This document shows, one piece after another, positions 50,477 through 64,000 of a stretch of DNA of 64,000 bases. Source of the DNA: Lingula anatina. Its lineage: Eukaryota; Animalia; Brachiopoda. The stretch's first letter is position 1, and each line of letters starts with the position of its first letter. Position numbers and translations under genes: made by a program. The notes under the pieces were generated by a model. It searched no databases and had not been told where the DNA came from. It worked only from the letters and a program-made list of their open reading frames with translations. Location: positions 15,686,001 to 15,750,000 of the forward strand of contig CM120641.1 in NCBI GenBank assembly GCA_051362555.1, in the 5' to 3' direction.

Positions 50477-51541
50477 ACACGAATCACTACACAAACACAC
50501 AAACACACAAACACACGAACACACACACACACACACTTACCAGGTCTACCATCTTAAACAGTGCCATACCCAGTTTCACCACCACAGGACCGTCCGGATT
50601 GAAGGGCATGGAGATCGTATTGTAGTTTGAGAAGAGATGGGAAAGTAAGCTGGACTCCATGGCAGCGTGGTCTTCATCACCGTGATCGTCTTCCTCCCCA
50701 TTAACTAATGAAAGGAGGAAAGACCCTTAAAATGTTTTAACAAAAGGTTTGTGACTTACTAGAAGTTTTAGAAAAAGAAAACGAACCAAATGTTTGTCTT
50801 GAAGGTGCAATATCTGCGTTTAAAAAGTCCTGAAATGAACAGGACGACATGTGACTGGCCAGTCATTCAGAACCAAGGAGTTACAACTCCTTGTTCAGAA
50901 CTAAATTATTTAATTAGAAATAGTATAGAACATCACCTCCAAGCGCAGGAACGGACCAAAAAATGTTTTTTTCGAAGAATATCCAATTTGGCAGGGAAAT
51001 GTAGGAAAAGATACCTTTGATAAAAAGGACTTCTTAAGCTAAATATTGTAAATTGGTTGGCTACTTTACAAATTAAGAATTGCCTAATTTTACGAAACGT
51101 TTAGTCGACTACTCCTATAAAGCTTTAGGTCGTAAAGTTAAGACAAGCCTTTATCATGCACAATATATTTTGAAAACCAGCTGTGAGTGTGTGTGTGAGA
51201 GAGAGAGAGAGGCCGTACTTTTAAATTACTCATAAAGACATTTACCATTATGCTTTCTTTAAGCATATACTGTTGTATTGATATTGTATGTGAACTGATA
51301 GACCTCAATGGTCTCAGATTTTTAAGACTATACTATACTACTATACGACAATACATGTACTTGTCTTTATCTTATACCCAACATTACCCCTACAGTAAAA
51401 GTCAGTAAAAGTCTCAGTCTACATGTAACAATGATACTTGACAAATGTCTCATGTACACACGCTGTACACTTACCATTGGAATGAAATACTAACAAACAC
51501 ACAATAAACCACTTCACACAAAATTTCACGTAGTTCTCCAT
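46219..51541 (-). CDS. Nicotinic acetylcholine receptor alpha subunit (alpha9/alpha10-like), copy A
   Basis: 7 exons: 51541-51475, 50704-50541, 49191-49147, 48578-48472, 47952-47417, 47028-46829, 46674-46219. Signal peptide, WRPDITLYN, Cys loop CRLDVRYFPYDQQVC, loop C YQCCSGTY, M2 SGEKVSLVVTVLLALTVF, M4 EW...VIDRLL. Confidence 0.92.
48222..48461. mobile_element. PIF/Harbinger-type MITE, copy 2, inside a nAChR A intron
   Basis: TIR GACCCCATTCCCAT / ATGGGCATGGGGTC, TTA target duplication (48219-48221, 48462-48464), near-palindromic body. Confidence 0.88.
49750..49945 (-). mobile_element. SINE 3' remnant (Nin/Deu-domain-like with L2-type tail)
   Basis: Minus strand reads ...GGCTGTATCCTCCCCAGG...TGTAAACTGTGTTGAGA...GCGGTATATAAGAA then short CTTTA repeats, resembling recalled Nin-SINE core and tail sequence. 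Confidence 0.5.
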
Positions 51542-52928
51542 CCTCACGAGCAACCCCAAAACCTTTCCCTGCGGAGATATGAGGACGAATTGGGCCCAAG
51601 AACACCCAGTGATGAATTTTCCTCGACTAATACCCAGCAGTGGGTGTTCGCTGTTTTTCAAGTATAAGGTCAAACGTGATTTTCATGTTCGTAAGTTTTG
51701 TATCAAAGCAGTGACGCATGAAATGCGTTACCCATGCTGTGCACAGGTGAGTGTCAGCTGAATACCCCGTGGCAGAGAATACCATCTCAGGTGACTCTTT
51801 TGTTTGTTTGTAATTTGTAGTTTTTGTTCGTTCTTTGTATTGTTCGCCAAATTCAACGTGAGTTCTTGAATTGGGTTCTTGAGTTCTTAAAAACGGCTGC
51901 CCTACTGGTTACACGCAAGCTTTGACACAGGGTTAGCATTGTAACACGTCAGTGAACTAATGTTACTTTTAATGAGGCACTGACTTAATAAACCCACAGA
52001 GTATTAGCCCAACTCAAAATGTTTGCTGAACGAGTTGAGATACCACCATGTCTATGAAAATCAAACATGCAAATAAACAGAAGTACATCATGATCGAGAG
52101 TGGATCATTATTTTGATAATGTTTTCAAATTTGTAAACCACTGATATCTTGGGTGCATTAAAACGCCAATTTCGCCCATGTTGTCATGTCAAATGCAGAT
52201 CTATTAACAAGGGAAATGTGAATGTTTGCCGATGAAAGTGCGATTAAATCAATGGTTCTTTTCATGGCTTGGTATAAATGCTACGCAATGTCCTTAAATT
52301 TCACTTCTTGAAGTATCCTTATGAAGTTAATCAAATTAATCATATGGAATAAAATGAGTTTGAAATCATTAAAAAAATTGGAAAAGAGCAACTTCTATGT
52401 TATTGTTATCAGTGCTGTACAAAAGTATTTATTTATTTCTCTCAGCTGCAGGCATTCTTAAAAGATTAGGTCTATGCATTTATTGACAGTATGAAAAAAT
52501 AACATTCAACATAAAAGAACGAATTAAAATTCTTTTGAATTTTTTTCTCTTGGTATTGCGTTCAGAAATGTAGTAGTTGAGCTCTGCATATTTTTCAAGC
52601 ATGTATCCGGTTTTAGACGTCCACCCTTCATTATCGATTGCGTTGGAACCGAATGTACGCAATTCGATATCTAAAAATATTCATTCATTGCGATTAATTC
52701 ATCATTTTCGTGTGCTTATCTTTTCATTAGATGATACATGTACCAAATAAATGAGCTGGTTAACGATCGGCGTCTCAAGGGTAGGAAATTATCTCAATTA
52801 TGTTCAGTGTTTGTTTTTATTGATAGTTACAATGCATGGAACTGACAGTGTATATTTATTATGGCGTGCGCTTCTCGTAAAATAGAGGTAAGGCTACTTG
52901 GATTATTCATAAGTTAATCACTCAAAAT

Positions 52929-55900
52929 TTATTCCTCTAGTCCTTTATACTGTGGCTGATAAAGCAAAATGCCAAAGTTCATACACAGGGTAAAAATGAT
53001 GAAAAGGGACAAAAACAGTCGATCCAGTACAAGAACTAAGAGTCGCCATTCTATACAGCGTTTGTCGTGCCGTTTATGGGCTTGTTGACGATCTTCAAAT
53101 AACACCAACTTTTGAAGGATAAGATTTAATAACCCATTTGTTTGCATCTGTGCTTCCCTGAAGTGTGCCCATGCCATTTGTTCGGCGTCACTATTTGGGG
53201 GCTGGTTTTCCAACCAAGTAGGATCGCCTGTAGTGGTTTCTTCTGGCAAGGTTCTCGTTTCGTCTTGCAGATACTTGACTGGCATTGGATGTACCTTTAT
53301 GAAGACAAAATGATTGTTCAGTCTAACCAAATTTAACGTAACTGTGGACTTCACATTTTGCTTTGACTAAATATGATAGCCGAATGTATCTGTGTCCTTC
53401 TAGGCTTTATTCCAATTGGCAAGGCACGGAGAGGGTTGAATAAATTTGTGCCCCCTCCCTTTTTTTAGTCCCTCCAACGATTTGCAAGATTAAAATCGAG
53501 TGCCATCGCACAATATTGGCTACTTACCTTGACCGTGTTCTGGGATTTCAAAGTTGATTCTATAATTGCTCTGAGACCAAGTGGTCTGGATAGCCAGTTA
53601 AATGCCACCCTCTGTAACCAGGATGGAACTTGTCTGCCGTGAGATCCACTGTACTGTGTGTTCACTATCAACGCCGTCACTGCGGTTGAGGCAGAAATCA
53701 GTGCGATGTCACAGAAGAAATAAATGGCTGAAACGATGTTTAATGTTTCATTAACATTTATATTATCGATTTGAGGCAGCTTAATGTCGATATAGCTAAA
53801 CATTATAACATTTTAAATTTGTTACATGTATTAAAATAAACTTCAAAAATAGGATTTCACCTTTTCCCTTTACATGATCATACGTACTTAAATGTTTATG
53901 TGGGTTTAGTTATTTTATACGTATTGTCGCAGAAAAGTGTTGTGGCAGTGTGGTTTTTAGCACACTTTACTTACCAATCAAAGGTATGACGTCAGCCTGC
54001 GGTGGCATTAACTCTGCTACCAGGAGCAGGAATACAGTTAGGGCCAAAAGCACAGTTACACTAAGAGACATTTTCTCTCCAGATTCCGGCGGCAAACAAA
54101 ATGTTAGGAGTGTAACTGAGGCGACACATATGCTCGGTAATATGATGTTAAAGAAATAAAACAAGGGTCTTCGTTTAATGATGACGTAGAATGTGACGTC
54201 AGAGAACGGTTCCGAGCAGCAGCTGTAATATTCAATTTTACGCCTGACTGGTATATCTATCAAAGCCCATTCCCCATTGTCAACGTAAGCAGTAGTGTCG
54301 CCGGATTCAGTCATGTTGACCAAATCCAGTTCCAAGGCGTGATAGCTCCAAGAACCAAACTTGAGGGTACAGATCTGTTGGTCGTAGGGGAAAAGAGTGG
54401 CGTCAAATTTACAGTAACTTCTATAAATAATTGGTGTAAGCCAGGAAACATCACCGTTGGAATACACTTTTGCGTAGATATGGCTCAAATCCCTCTCCTC
54501 CTCTCGAACACTACAAAAAAGAATAACGTAAAAAATAACTGTTAAGGGGAGGGACTATTTTCTTCCCCCTCTGTCTCTCTCACTAATGACACAAAGCGGT
54601 CTTTAATGACACAAAAAGCATATAGACGATAATACATTTTATTTTAACGCACCAATCAATCAGAGACAATAGAAACAAAACAGTGCCTTACTCGCTGTAC
54701 AAAACAATATCTGGCGTCCATATGTTGTTGGTTGGAATATCAAGCTCACTGATCCCTGCATAGTCCTCGGGTTTCCACTGCAGCCGTTCATCTCGCCAAC
54801 GCTATATATCAAATTTTAAATGTAAGTATCATAAACGTATTATAAGAGGGACTTGAAAAATCAATATATAAATACTGAATATTTTAGAAATGCACTTATG
54901 TAAATGCGAAATAAAATTTAGTTCTTGATGTATTGAGTTCCTATTTTAAAAGAGGGCAATAGTATAGATTCGGAGAGGGATTGTTTGTCCTTGTATGGGC
55001 CATTTCATAAACTGGGTAAAGGGACTTCCCCTTTCTTACACCCATCCCCTTTGAAGTTTTTTCGCCATTGAATATCAGAGTTTATATATTAAAGGAAGAA
55101 CCTGCTGAAAGAAGCATTTTCCCGAAAATTACAAGAAATTTCTCTTTAACAACAAAGTATGTTATATCCAGAACTGTTTAGATGAAACTTACCAACCTGT
55201 TTTTAAATTCTCAAATTCTAATTTCTACCCTCACAAGTCAAATACAGCTCCTTCACAAGAGTGACTTAAAAAGTATAAAATAGAGCTCAAAACGGAATAA
55301 AAGATCGCAGTTTTAGATTAGGTACAACTTGGTAATTTTGAAAAGAAAAGGTGTTGTTATTTCAAGGAAAAGTTGATTTTGGTTATTTAAAGATCTAATG
55401 CCCATTGAGTGCCTTTGGACATATCCCAGCAGAAAACAACCAGTGACCCCATGACTATCTATTACCCCTCGGGTAGTACTCACCAATCGTCGCCAAATGC
55501 TGGCGAAAAGCACTTGGTTTCGTTCGTCCTTTAATAGATAGAAAATAGCGATAAATCTTTTTGTTGATTCAATAAATGTGCTGTCACTGAGGAGCAACAT
55601 CAATCAAATTTACCAGTATTTTTGTAGAGTTCACGTCAAAACATTATTGGATAATATGTATGATTTTGCAATAAAAACCCGTTTCAAAGCTGATTATAAA
55701 CAAATTGATTTCTAATTGTTTGAAAACTTGCTTTCCTGTATAAAATGTACTGACCAAATCTATAATCTGGTTTACTGCTATTGCTAATTGCACTGTTATT
55801 GGTCCATCATCACTTGAGGGTGGCCTTATGTTGACTCTATAGGTGTGAAATAACTCGGTATAGAGATGGCTGATGTTATTTGTATTAACAAAGGTCCCAC

Positions 55901-56551
55901 CGCATGTTAAAGCTAAAACACAAAACAAAGTGAATCACTCATACATTTGATGGATCTCATTTGAGTGGAGTTACCTACTCACTCGTATCACGACTCACTT
56001 CAACATCAACAAGAAAATCAATATCAGCTGATATCATCACAGTTGTATGAAAAAACACAAATCAGAAAAGCCGTTGAAGGCAAAATATTGTGTGAGTATA
56101 AAATAATTTCTGATAAATTGCTCGGCATGGATTATTTTGGAAACCAATCCTACCATTGTTATATTGTTCACAAACTCGCGTTTTATTCAGACGTATTTTC
56201 CGACCATATGTTGTATGTAGGTGATACTGTTGATAGGAATAAACTTTGATAAGTAAACCTGAATGGAGTTTTATTCTCCCTTTTCTGATTCGTCTTGATA
56301 CAGTTCTTTTCGCACCTATCAAGTGCCATATAACTACGTAGATTTTCAAAACGTGAAAACTCCTGAGAGGAGCAGGAACGATGTGGTTGTTATCATTAAC
56401 ATTTGTTCGTTGTTTAACCGATTTTACAAAGCTTAGAGCATCTATTTTCAATGACAAGTGCTTTTAAAATTAACTTACCTCCAATAAGTATATAATAGTA
56501 TAGTGGCATCATTATCAGCAGCAATCGCGTTTTTCTTCTCGTTGATACCAT
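52929..56551 (-). CDS. Nicotinic acetylcholine receptor alpha subunit (alpha9/alpha10-like), copy B
   Basis: 7 exons: 56551-56479 (signal-peptide exon, less certain), 55912-55755, 55528-55484, 54801-54692, 54510-53975, 53727-53528, 53294-52929. Cys loop CKFDATLFPYDQQIC, WSYH, loop C YYSCCSEPF, M2 SGEKMSLSVTVLLALTVF. Confidence 0.9.
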
Positions 56552-57497
56552 TTTCCCCCAAATAGTAAGCCAGTTCAATAATGTGCACTTGTCTACCTGT
56601 CTATTTTATTTGAAAAATCAATCCGTCGACGACAGAGCGTTTAGCAACAAACATCTAAAATGAGCTAGGCTAAAATGTTGCCATAGCTCATGTCGCCATC
56701 CAACCGGATGAGGAAAACGAAGCTTTTAATTATCGTCACTTTACACAGGTTGTCACATGATGTAAGGGGTGCAAAGACACGGTTTATAAACACTATGCAA
56801 AGTTGATGATTAAATTGCTAGATAACAAACAACATTAAACAAGCAATTTGATGGGCACAACACACATTAATCCATTAACTTTACTAATGGTATATTTGCG
56901 GTTCTTGTATTTCATTTGTAAAGGTAACCGATATGAATCAATTTGATGAGATTCGCTTTCTACTGGCTGTATCTGGAGTCCGAGCATCGTATTCCATGAA
57001 CAACTTAAGCCGAAAGTTGAACTTAAAAGACTGAAAACAGAAGTCTCCTTTGATCCAGGATATGTAGTAGTCTACTTGATTTTATTATTATCATTTTTAG
57101 GAAAACTCTTAAGAAAAACTAAAGAGAGCAGAACTGGATACACACGATCTTATGACCATTTACTAGTCAATTAATAAGAGTACAAATGTCCTGAACAGTC
57201 TGATTGTGTTGAGTCGATCCAGAAAAGATCATTACGGCCTATCCTGGTTTAACCTTTATGAATTCCTACAGGTTTATTATCTATTAATTTTAGAGCACCA
57301 AATTTTTTGTACCAAAGGATCTAGAATGGTTGTTTTAAATATTCTTTTTGAATATCATTTTCATGTTCGTTTAAGTGCATTACAAATAATTAAATTTTTA
57401 CATGTAACTTTTTATTTAATTCTAATTACCATTTACTCTGTATATTATATTTTGACCATGTACAACTTTAACCTTTGGGCCGCGGTTTACTGAATGG

Positions 57498-57539
<42 letters not shown>
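57498..57539. repeat. (ATT)n microsatellite
   Basis: Uninterrupted ATT run of about 40 bp. Confidence 0.9.
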
Positions 57540-60117
57540 GCATTTTTTTTACATTTATAAAACAGATGATAATATTAAGAATGGAATAAAACACAAACAT
57601 TTTCAGTTGGCAGTTCCCTGGTTGGTATATCATTGAACACGAAACTAAAAAGATGTTTGTCTATATTTTTGTGTTTGAAGTATTTAAATAACAATTTATT
57701 TATGGTCAATACTAAAGGTCCGCTGACTGAAATCAAAGTGTACATGTGAGAATGATCAAGACAGTATATTAATTACCAACAAAGTTTAACCACCGAACAC
57801 CTATTTCCTTTATTAAGATAAAAACATAATTGTAATATTCTGTATATTTGAACTTTGCACTGTCAATAGATTTTACCTTCTTAGTAACGGCTGTGTGCAA
57901 TGCACTCTGATTGGAGTATTGACATCCTTTAGGATCGTTTAGGATGTCAATACTACAGATTTGGTTCCGTTGAGCACCCCGGAACAAGTACAATCCAAAC
58001 AGGACGGTTTGGTCGATAACACTTTTCATGAGTAGGACAACAAGGAAGTCGGATGTTACAATGTAAGCATACGCAAATTGGTGACATTTATTCAGTTAAC
58101 AGAAATTCGGGTTCAAATCATTCCATACCACTGTCTGCCATGCTTAACGGGAAGTCTCCTGTATTTTATTTTGACAAAAAAGTTCGGATACAAGACACCA
58201 ACCATTAATCCAACAGATCCCCACGTACATGTAATTACATTGTGAGCACAAAGAGTTGAAAGCGTTAATTTGGCTGTTTTAACTTAAGTGGGTCCGATGA
58301 ACCCACAGTAATTTCGCTGTTCTCTCTTTAGAAAATTTAACGTATATTTATAGGCAAAAGGCGTCAAGAAAACCACTTAGGTAAGAGAAACCAAAAATCA
58401 ATTTCAAGTTAAACGCTTGTGATTGAATGTTATCTTACTTAAAACATCCAATCTACCTTGCTTCCACTTTCTATATAGTGTGGGCTGATAGATACCCGGT
58501 AGATGAATTTGAAAAAGGGGTAAATTGGTTCTTTGTTACACGGTTCTGTAAATTTATGTAGAAACATCAATTTATTCAGTGTTTTTGCTTCCGATTCTCC
58601 CTAGATCAAAGAGGGCCATCCACTATAGATGTTTTTACTAATATCGGAGATGTGTCCCTTACTGTCATTAAAATTACATTCAATCCTACACACGATTGAT
58701 CGCCGTGTCAATTCCCATTTTAAAAGCTGAACACATTATCCCAATACACCAGGTGAGAGACTTAGATAATATCTATGCAGGTACCCTTAGCCAACAGGAC
58801 AAAACAATTTTGCACAGTGTTCGGCAAATGATATGGAGTTTTAATGTTACCTATTATTTTTATCACTTAAAGTCATCTATTCGAGATTTACCCGCTAAGA
58901 TGAATTTTCCTCGGGAAAGGGGCAACTTTCTCTCACTGACTAATCATTGTTTGTCCCGTCCTTGTATTCGGTTTCGATATTCCATTTTATTTTAAATTTA
59001 GTGATTTAGTTCTAAATGACCGGTCAGCCGAAAAAGGTGCCAGACCAGGTACTATACCCCTGCTACAACCCCTACGTGCTGCGTGCGAAATGGGGAAACA
59101 GCAGGTACATGTTCCTTTCATAAAGAACTGTTCCCCGGCCATCCAGTCGGCAAAAGCTGGTAGTTAAGATTGGTCGAAGAGCCGAATAAAGAGTCATAAA
59201 ATGATCTGATCTTCGAATGATTGAATAAATAAAAAATATATATTATGACATTTGTTATTAACGTTAGGTATACAAGGGCCATTAATATCCGGCGTCCCTT
59301 AAAAATGTGTGACTTTAATGTTTTATTTTTACCTTAATCTCATTGTTTTACGTTCAACAAAAATATCTACATTATGCAATGATAACAATGGTTTCGCCTT
59401 CGTATTTAATATTTTCCGTTTAGGATATCACAGGACATGAATTGCATATACACCAAACTATAAGTCACCTTTAAATTACATCTTATACAAATATATATTC
59501 AATTGTTACATATTCACTTTTTGTTTATTACTTAACTTAAACTTTATCATTATATCTTATAATTTTTATCTTATACAAAAAGTGCTATGTTAAAAAATAC
59601 AGATTTTTTGTTGACGAAATATTAAGGCTACAAAAATCAAGACCAAACGAAATGCTACTGGCACTGTTCACTGTGACATTTTTACAACACTGGACTAGAT
59701 GTGAGTATGTCAGTGTTACGAAACTGAGGGTCCGTGTAAAAGAAATCCGCCTTCCATTTAGTTATAATGCAATTTCAAAAGGGGGGTTCTTTTTCTGAAA
59801 AAGTGGACCTTTTCCCATAAAAAACCTCATGTACCTAGAACAAATTTTACCCAGAGTGGACCTTTTCCCAGCAAAAGGGGCGGTTCTTTCGAACCCCCCG
59901 AACCCCCCCCTGGCTACGGGCCTGTAATGATTAGGGTTAGCCTGGCGTAAGTGGGTCGAAATCTTGGACGAGGTTTACTTGTACAAATGAATGGGAAGCG
60001 GACTTTCTATCCTGGGGGGGGGGGGGGGGGGGGGACTCTCCGTCAAGTTACACCGGCAATATTCATCAGATTGAAATATGACAGCACGGAGACTCATTTG
60101 ACGACAATTGTAAAAAA

Positions 60118-63100
60118 TTAATCCACGGAGTACTCATAACTTGGTTGAAAACACAAAAAGAACAACGTTAAAATAAGCGTCATGAGAGCGAATATCATAA
60201 GCAACAGTCTATCGATAATGATAGCAACTAAGTGCCACTCTGACTCCACGCCACGAAGCATCCTGTAGTCCGCCGCCGTGGCACCAAGATAGGTTATGTG
60301 AGTCAAAATTTGATTTAGGAGATTGTTAGTTTCTTCGATTCCTCCACCGATGTTGTTCGCCATTCCACAGCAAATACCACCGTTTGAGAGAGAGGATGGT
60401 GCGCGAATTGGAGAAAGAGTAGGTTGAGGAGAGAGAGTAATGCCGTCTGAGATTTTGGCTAGTATGTCAGATTTCTTTTGGCGCTTCTTTGGTTTCTTTG
60501 GGGATTTTTTCTTCGGACTGACATTTCCATTTTCTAGCTGGCAAACTGGATGGACCTGTGTATAAATGAATATATATTCTCGTGTAAGTTCAGTGGTTAT
60601 TATTTGAGGGAAACATTTATATGAGCATAAGTAGAATGACACATACCAAGACATACAAGAGTCACATTTAATTTCTCATCCATTCTTCAATAAAATTTAA
60701 CACTTTAATAAGGTAAAGGGTATGACAAAACACTTAGTCTAAGCAACAAGGTCATTCCGAAAACTCCGCTGATGGATTATATGTTTTTCCAGCAGAAACA
60801 CAACTTTATCGAAACTATGAAACACGACTATCAAAACAGATCAATTTAAATGTAAATTGTTAATGTTACTCGCGCAAATTTTATAATTTTACAGAAATTA
60901 AAGGATTTAGGGGTATTTTTGATATAACAAAAACCATATTGCCTATTGGTGTGGATCCCTTAATGGACATAGCATTACTCTTTTGAAACAGAAATCATTG
61001 AATGTATAATTTCCTGTTCTCTGGGGAACTTTCAATTATCGCACGCGCACCATCAACTAAGTGCATAGAAACATTTGAACCGTTAATTGTTTCTTCATGA
61101 TTAAGACACGACCAATTTATCTGAGTAATTGATATTGCCACGTGACTCTGACAATTAGATTAAAAGTGGCCGGAATTGCGAGCTTTTGTCCAGGAGAGTG
61201 GAATGATTGTTTTTTTACCTGCATTTTTCTTTTGACTATTTTCGTCATACAGACAATTCTAGCTATCCAATGAAAAGTGAGCTTTCTTAACCAGTTAGGG
61301 ACGGGTCTCCCGTGGTTACCAGAGTAGTGCAGGTTCATTACAAACACCGTCAGAGCCGTTGACAAGGACAGGAGGGATATGGCGCCCACAAAGTATTGTC
61401 CTGAAATTTACATTTATTGTTAAAATCAATAGTGGCAATATCGCTTTGTCTAATTTGACAATCATTCTGGTATAAAAACGTATAATCTAAAATGTAAAAA
61501 AAACATACAAAATATAGGCCTACAAAAAAAAAAAAAAAAACAGCTACCAGGCAATGGTATCGCTCAACCGTGTAGGCCTACTGAGAATGAATCATGTTTT
61601 TACCTAAAGAGTTGCTACTTTACTGCCACCAGTACTGCTACTACTACTAAACCGTCGGTCAAAAAAAAAATAATAATGATAATAAATAATTGATTCTATA
61701 TAATTTTCAAACCCATTTATATCACCCATTAACACTGAACTAATGCACAGCTGAACTAATGGATTCCCTAGTAATCATTAATGCAAGAATAACTAATGAA
61801 AGGTGTCATTATGAAGTTGTCTATGATAAATCAAAATAATGCTCAATCGCATACATTACACGCCCAGTTACTCAGTGATAATTTGCCAAGAACGGCCATA
61901 CGATTGCACGCAGCATGGCGTCAGTAATGATGTTTTGAAAAAAGGGGAAACTTGCCTAAACTCTACAACATGGAAGTATAAGCATTAACCCTATATGACT
62001 TCCTTTGTAGCAAGTTATCTAGATTCAGTGCAAAAGTGCACACAAATAAATTGGAGACTCATCCATCATCAACTTCTAAAATATGGGGAATTTACATTTT
62101 CTGACAATTTCAAGTATTGTACTCAATAAAAATAAAAAGTAAATAATAACAAGGGGCCATATTTACCGATTAGCGGGACAACCTCTGACTGCGGCGGCAT
62201 GATTTCAGCAATCAACAACATGAAGACGGTCAGAGCAAGTAGAACTGTTATGACCAGAGACACTTTTTCTCCAGACTCTGGAGGCAGGTAGAACGCAACA
62301 AGGGCAATAGAAACGATTAGAATACAAGGTAGAACGATGTTGAAAATATAATATAGTGAACGCCTCTTGATGATCACGTAGAATGTGACGTCAGGATAGG
62401 GCTCGGGACAGCATCCGTAATATATTTCATGGCGTCGTACTGGAATATCCACCAATTCCCACTCCCCATTGTCAATGAAACTAGACATGTCTCCAGACAC
62501 CGATCTATTGGTGACATCCAGTTGGAAGCCATGATAACCCCATGAACCAAATTTGAAGGGGCAATTTTGTTGGTCGTATGGAAAGTAAGTGACATCCAGT
62601 TTACAGTAACTCTTCAGGATGACTGGGAACAGCCAAAAGACCGTGCCATCTGGATAGATAACGGCCGAATAACGATCCAAGGGCCGCTCCTCCTCTCGAA
62701 CGCTACCAGTAAAAGAGGACAATTTGGAATTTAATATGAACATCAAGGCTCATTTAATATGATTAAATTTTGAAAGTACCGTATTTACTTTTTTAAAATA
62801 TCCTAATAGGTTTATAAGTGCAAATGCATGCAATACATTTTGTTTTAAAAATGCAACCTTCCAACGGAAGCATACTTACTCGTTGTATAACGTTAAATCC
62901 GGTTTCCATATTTCCGATGTCGGCATACGTATCTCTTTCAAGCCTTGGTATTCACTTTCGTTCCAGTGGAAAAACTCGTCTTTCCATGACTAAAAATACC
63001 CAAAAATATCTAGATGACTATCAGAGACAAAGATGGTGTTTTATGTGTCAAAATACAGAAAAATCGAAGGCACAAAATATTCTGTTTAAGGGGATATGAT

Positions 63101-63415
63101 TAAAAAGATATTTATTGTTATAAATATAATCAATTTACAATAACGTCCTGCAATGTATAGAAAGTAGAGACAGAAGGGAGCAGATAAAACTTCCTTTAAA
63201 ATAAATATACTGTTATCATATGTTTAGCCTTCCGTGCTTTTACATAATGCAGATTGGTGTACTGATCATCAGATGTGATTTTGACATTAAAGTTTATATC
63301 AGTTTGAAACGCTAATAATATATATAGCGTATTGAATCTGTCTACATTCTAAGCAAGAAATTCTTCTTACCAGTCTTAGCCAAATACTACTGAGCATAAC
63401 TTGATTCTTCTCGTC
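60118..63415 (-). CDS. Nicotinic acetylcholine receptor alpha subunit (alpha9/alpha10-like), copy C; first exons lie beyond the window
   Basis: Exons 63415-63371, 62989-62880, 62702-62167, 61400-61219 and 60555-60118. WKPDLTLYN, Cys loop CKLDVTYFPYDQQNC, canonical loop C YYGCCPEPYPDVTF, M2 SGEKVSL, M4 EW...IIDRLL. Confidence 0.92.
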
Positions 63416-64000
63416 CTGTAGCAAATGATATAATGATGAAGTGAAGGAAATAATAGATATACACTCTTGCCAAAAGTGATGGACTATTTTGCAAATTAGT
63501 GCTAAAATCTTTTATCTGTGATAATCGTCACAAAATGCACTTTATAGCTGGCTGAAAAAAATTGACCAATTAACAATTTGTGTTGGGAAAATTGACTTGC
63601 AATTGCAAAAACTGGTAACTAACTGGGCCATAAGTGTGCTCGTGGCCTGCCTGCCATTTTGCTGAGATCTGTGATACTGGGAAGACATCTATATAACCCA
63701 CTATTTTGCATTACTGAAAGATATTTGTCCCCTTTCGTACATTGAAAGTTGTTTATTCGGCGATACAACCGGCTATATAAAAGACCGTATGACAATTATA
63801 ACAGTGAACATCGGAAAAGTGATAAAATCATTAATTTCCGTAATATTCCATCATTTGAGCAAGAGTGTACATTCCAGCAATCGTTATAACACAGAAAAAG
63901 GTGTTGCTTGGCATCTCACTATGTTCTCATTAGGTTTTTACTTTTTTGCAACAGCCTCATTCAGGTTGTGGTAATATACGTGCCATAAATCTTAAAATGA

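Noticed and set aside
56062-56457. 131-aa minus-strand ORF
   Set aside because: Lies within predicted intron 1 of nAChR B and has no recognisable motif.
46219-63415. Anion-selective nAChR hypothesis
   Set aside because: All three M1-M2 linkers are ESGEK, without the Pro-Ala motif of anion-selective Cys-loop channels.

Overview
AT-rich, intron-containing genomic DNA from a bilaterian invertebrate (a marine lophotrochozoan or deuterostome is plausible; the taxon cannot be fixed from sequence alone). Gene models were assembled by eye from GT-AG, phase-consistent exons. In order: MRPS5 (-, runs off the left edge), DCST2/SPE-42-like sperm-fusion gene (+, 16 exons), coilin (-) and B9D1 (+) whose ATGs are only 54 bp apart, a two-exon somatostatin/allatostatin-C-receptor-like GPCR (-), three NNMT/PNMT/INMT-family methyltransferase paralogs (two intact on -, one pseudogene on + carrying a nested Penelope/MITE insertion), and a tandem array of three alpha9/alpha10-like nicotinic acetylcholine receptor subunits (-, the last runs off the right edge). 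Introns and intergenic DNA hold several non-autonomous DNA transposons, a Nin/Deu-like SINE remnant and hammerhead-ribozyme-like motifs. The most intriguing observations are the adjacency of active-site-diversified N-methyltransferases to binding-site-diversified nAChRs, a tandem repeat of the last codons plus stop of one nAChR, and the ultra-compact coilin/B9D1 bidirectional promoter. All homology calls come from recalled family motifs, not from database searches.
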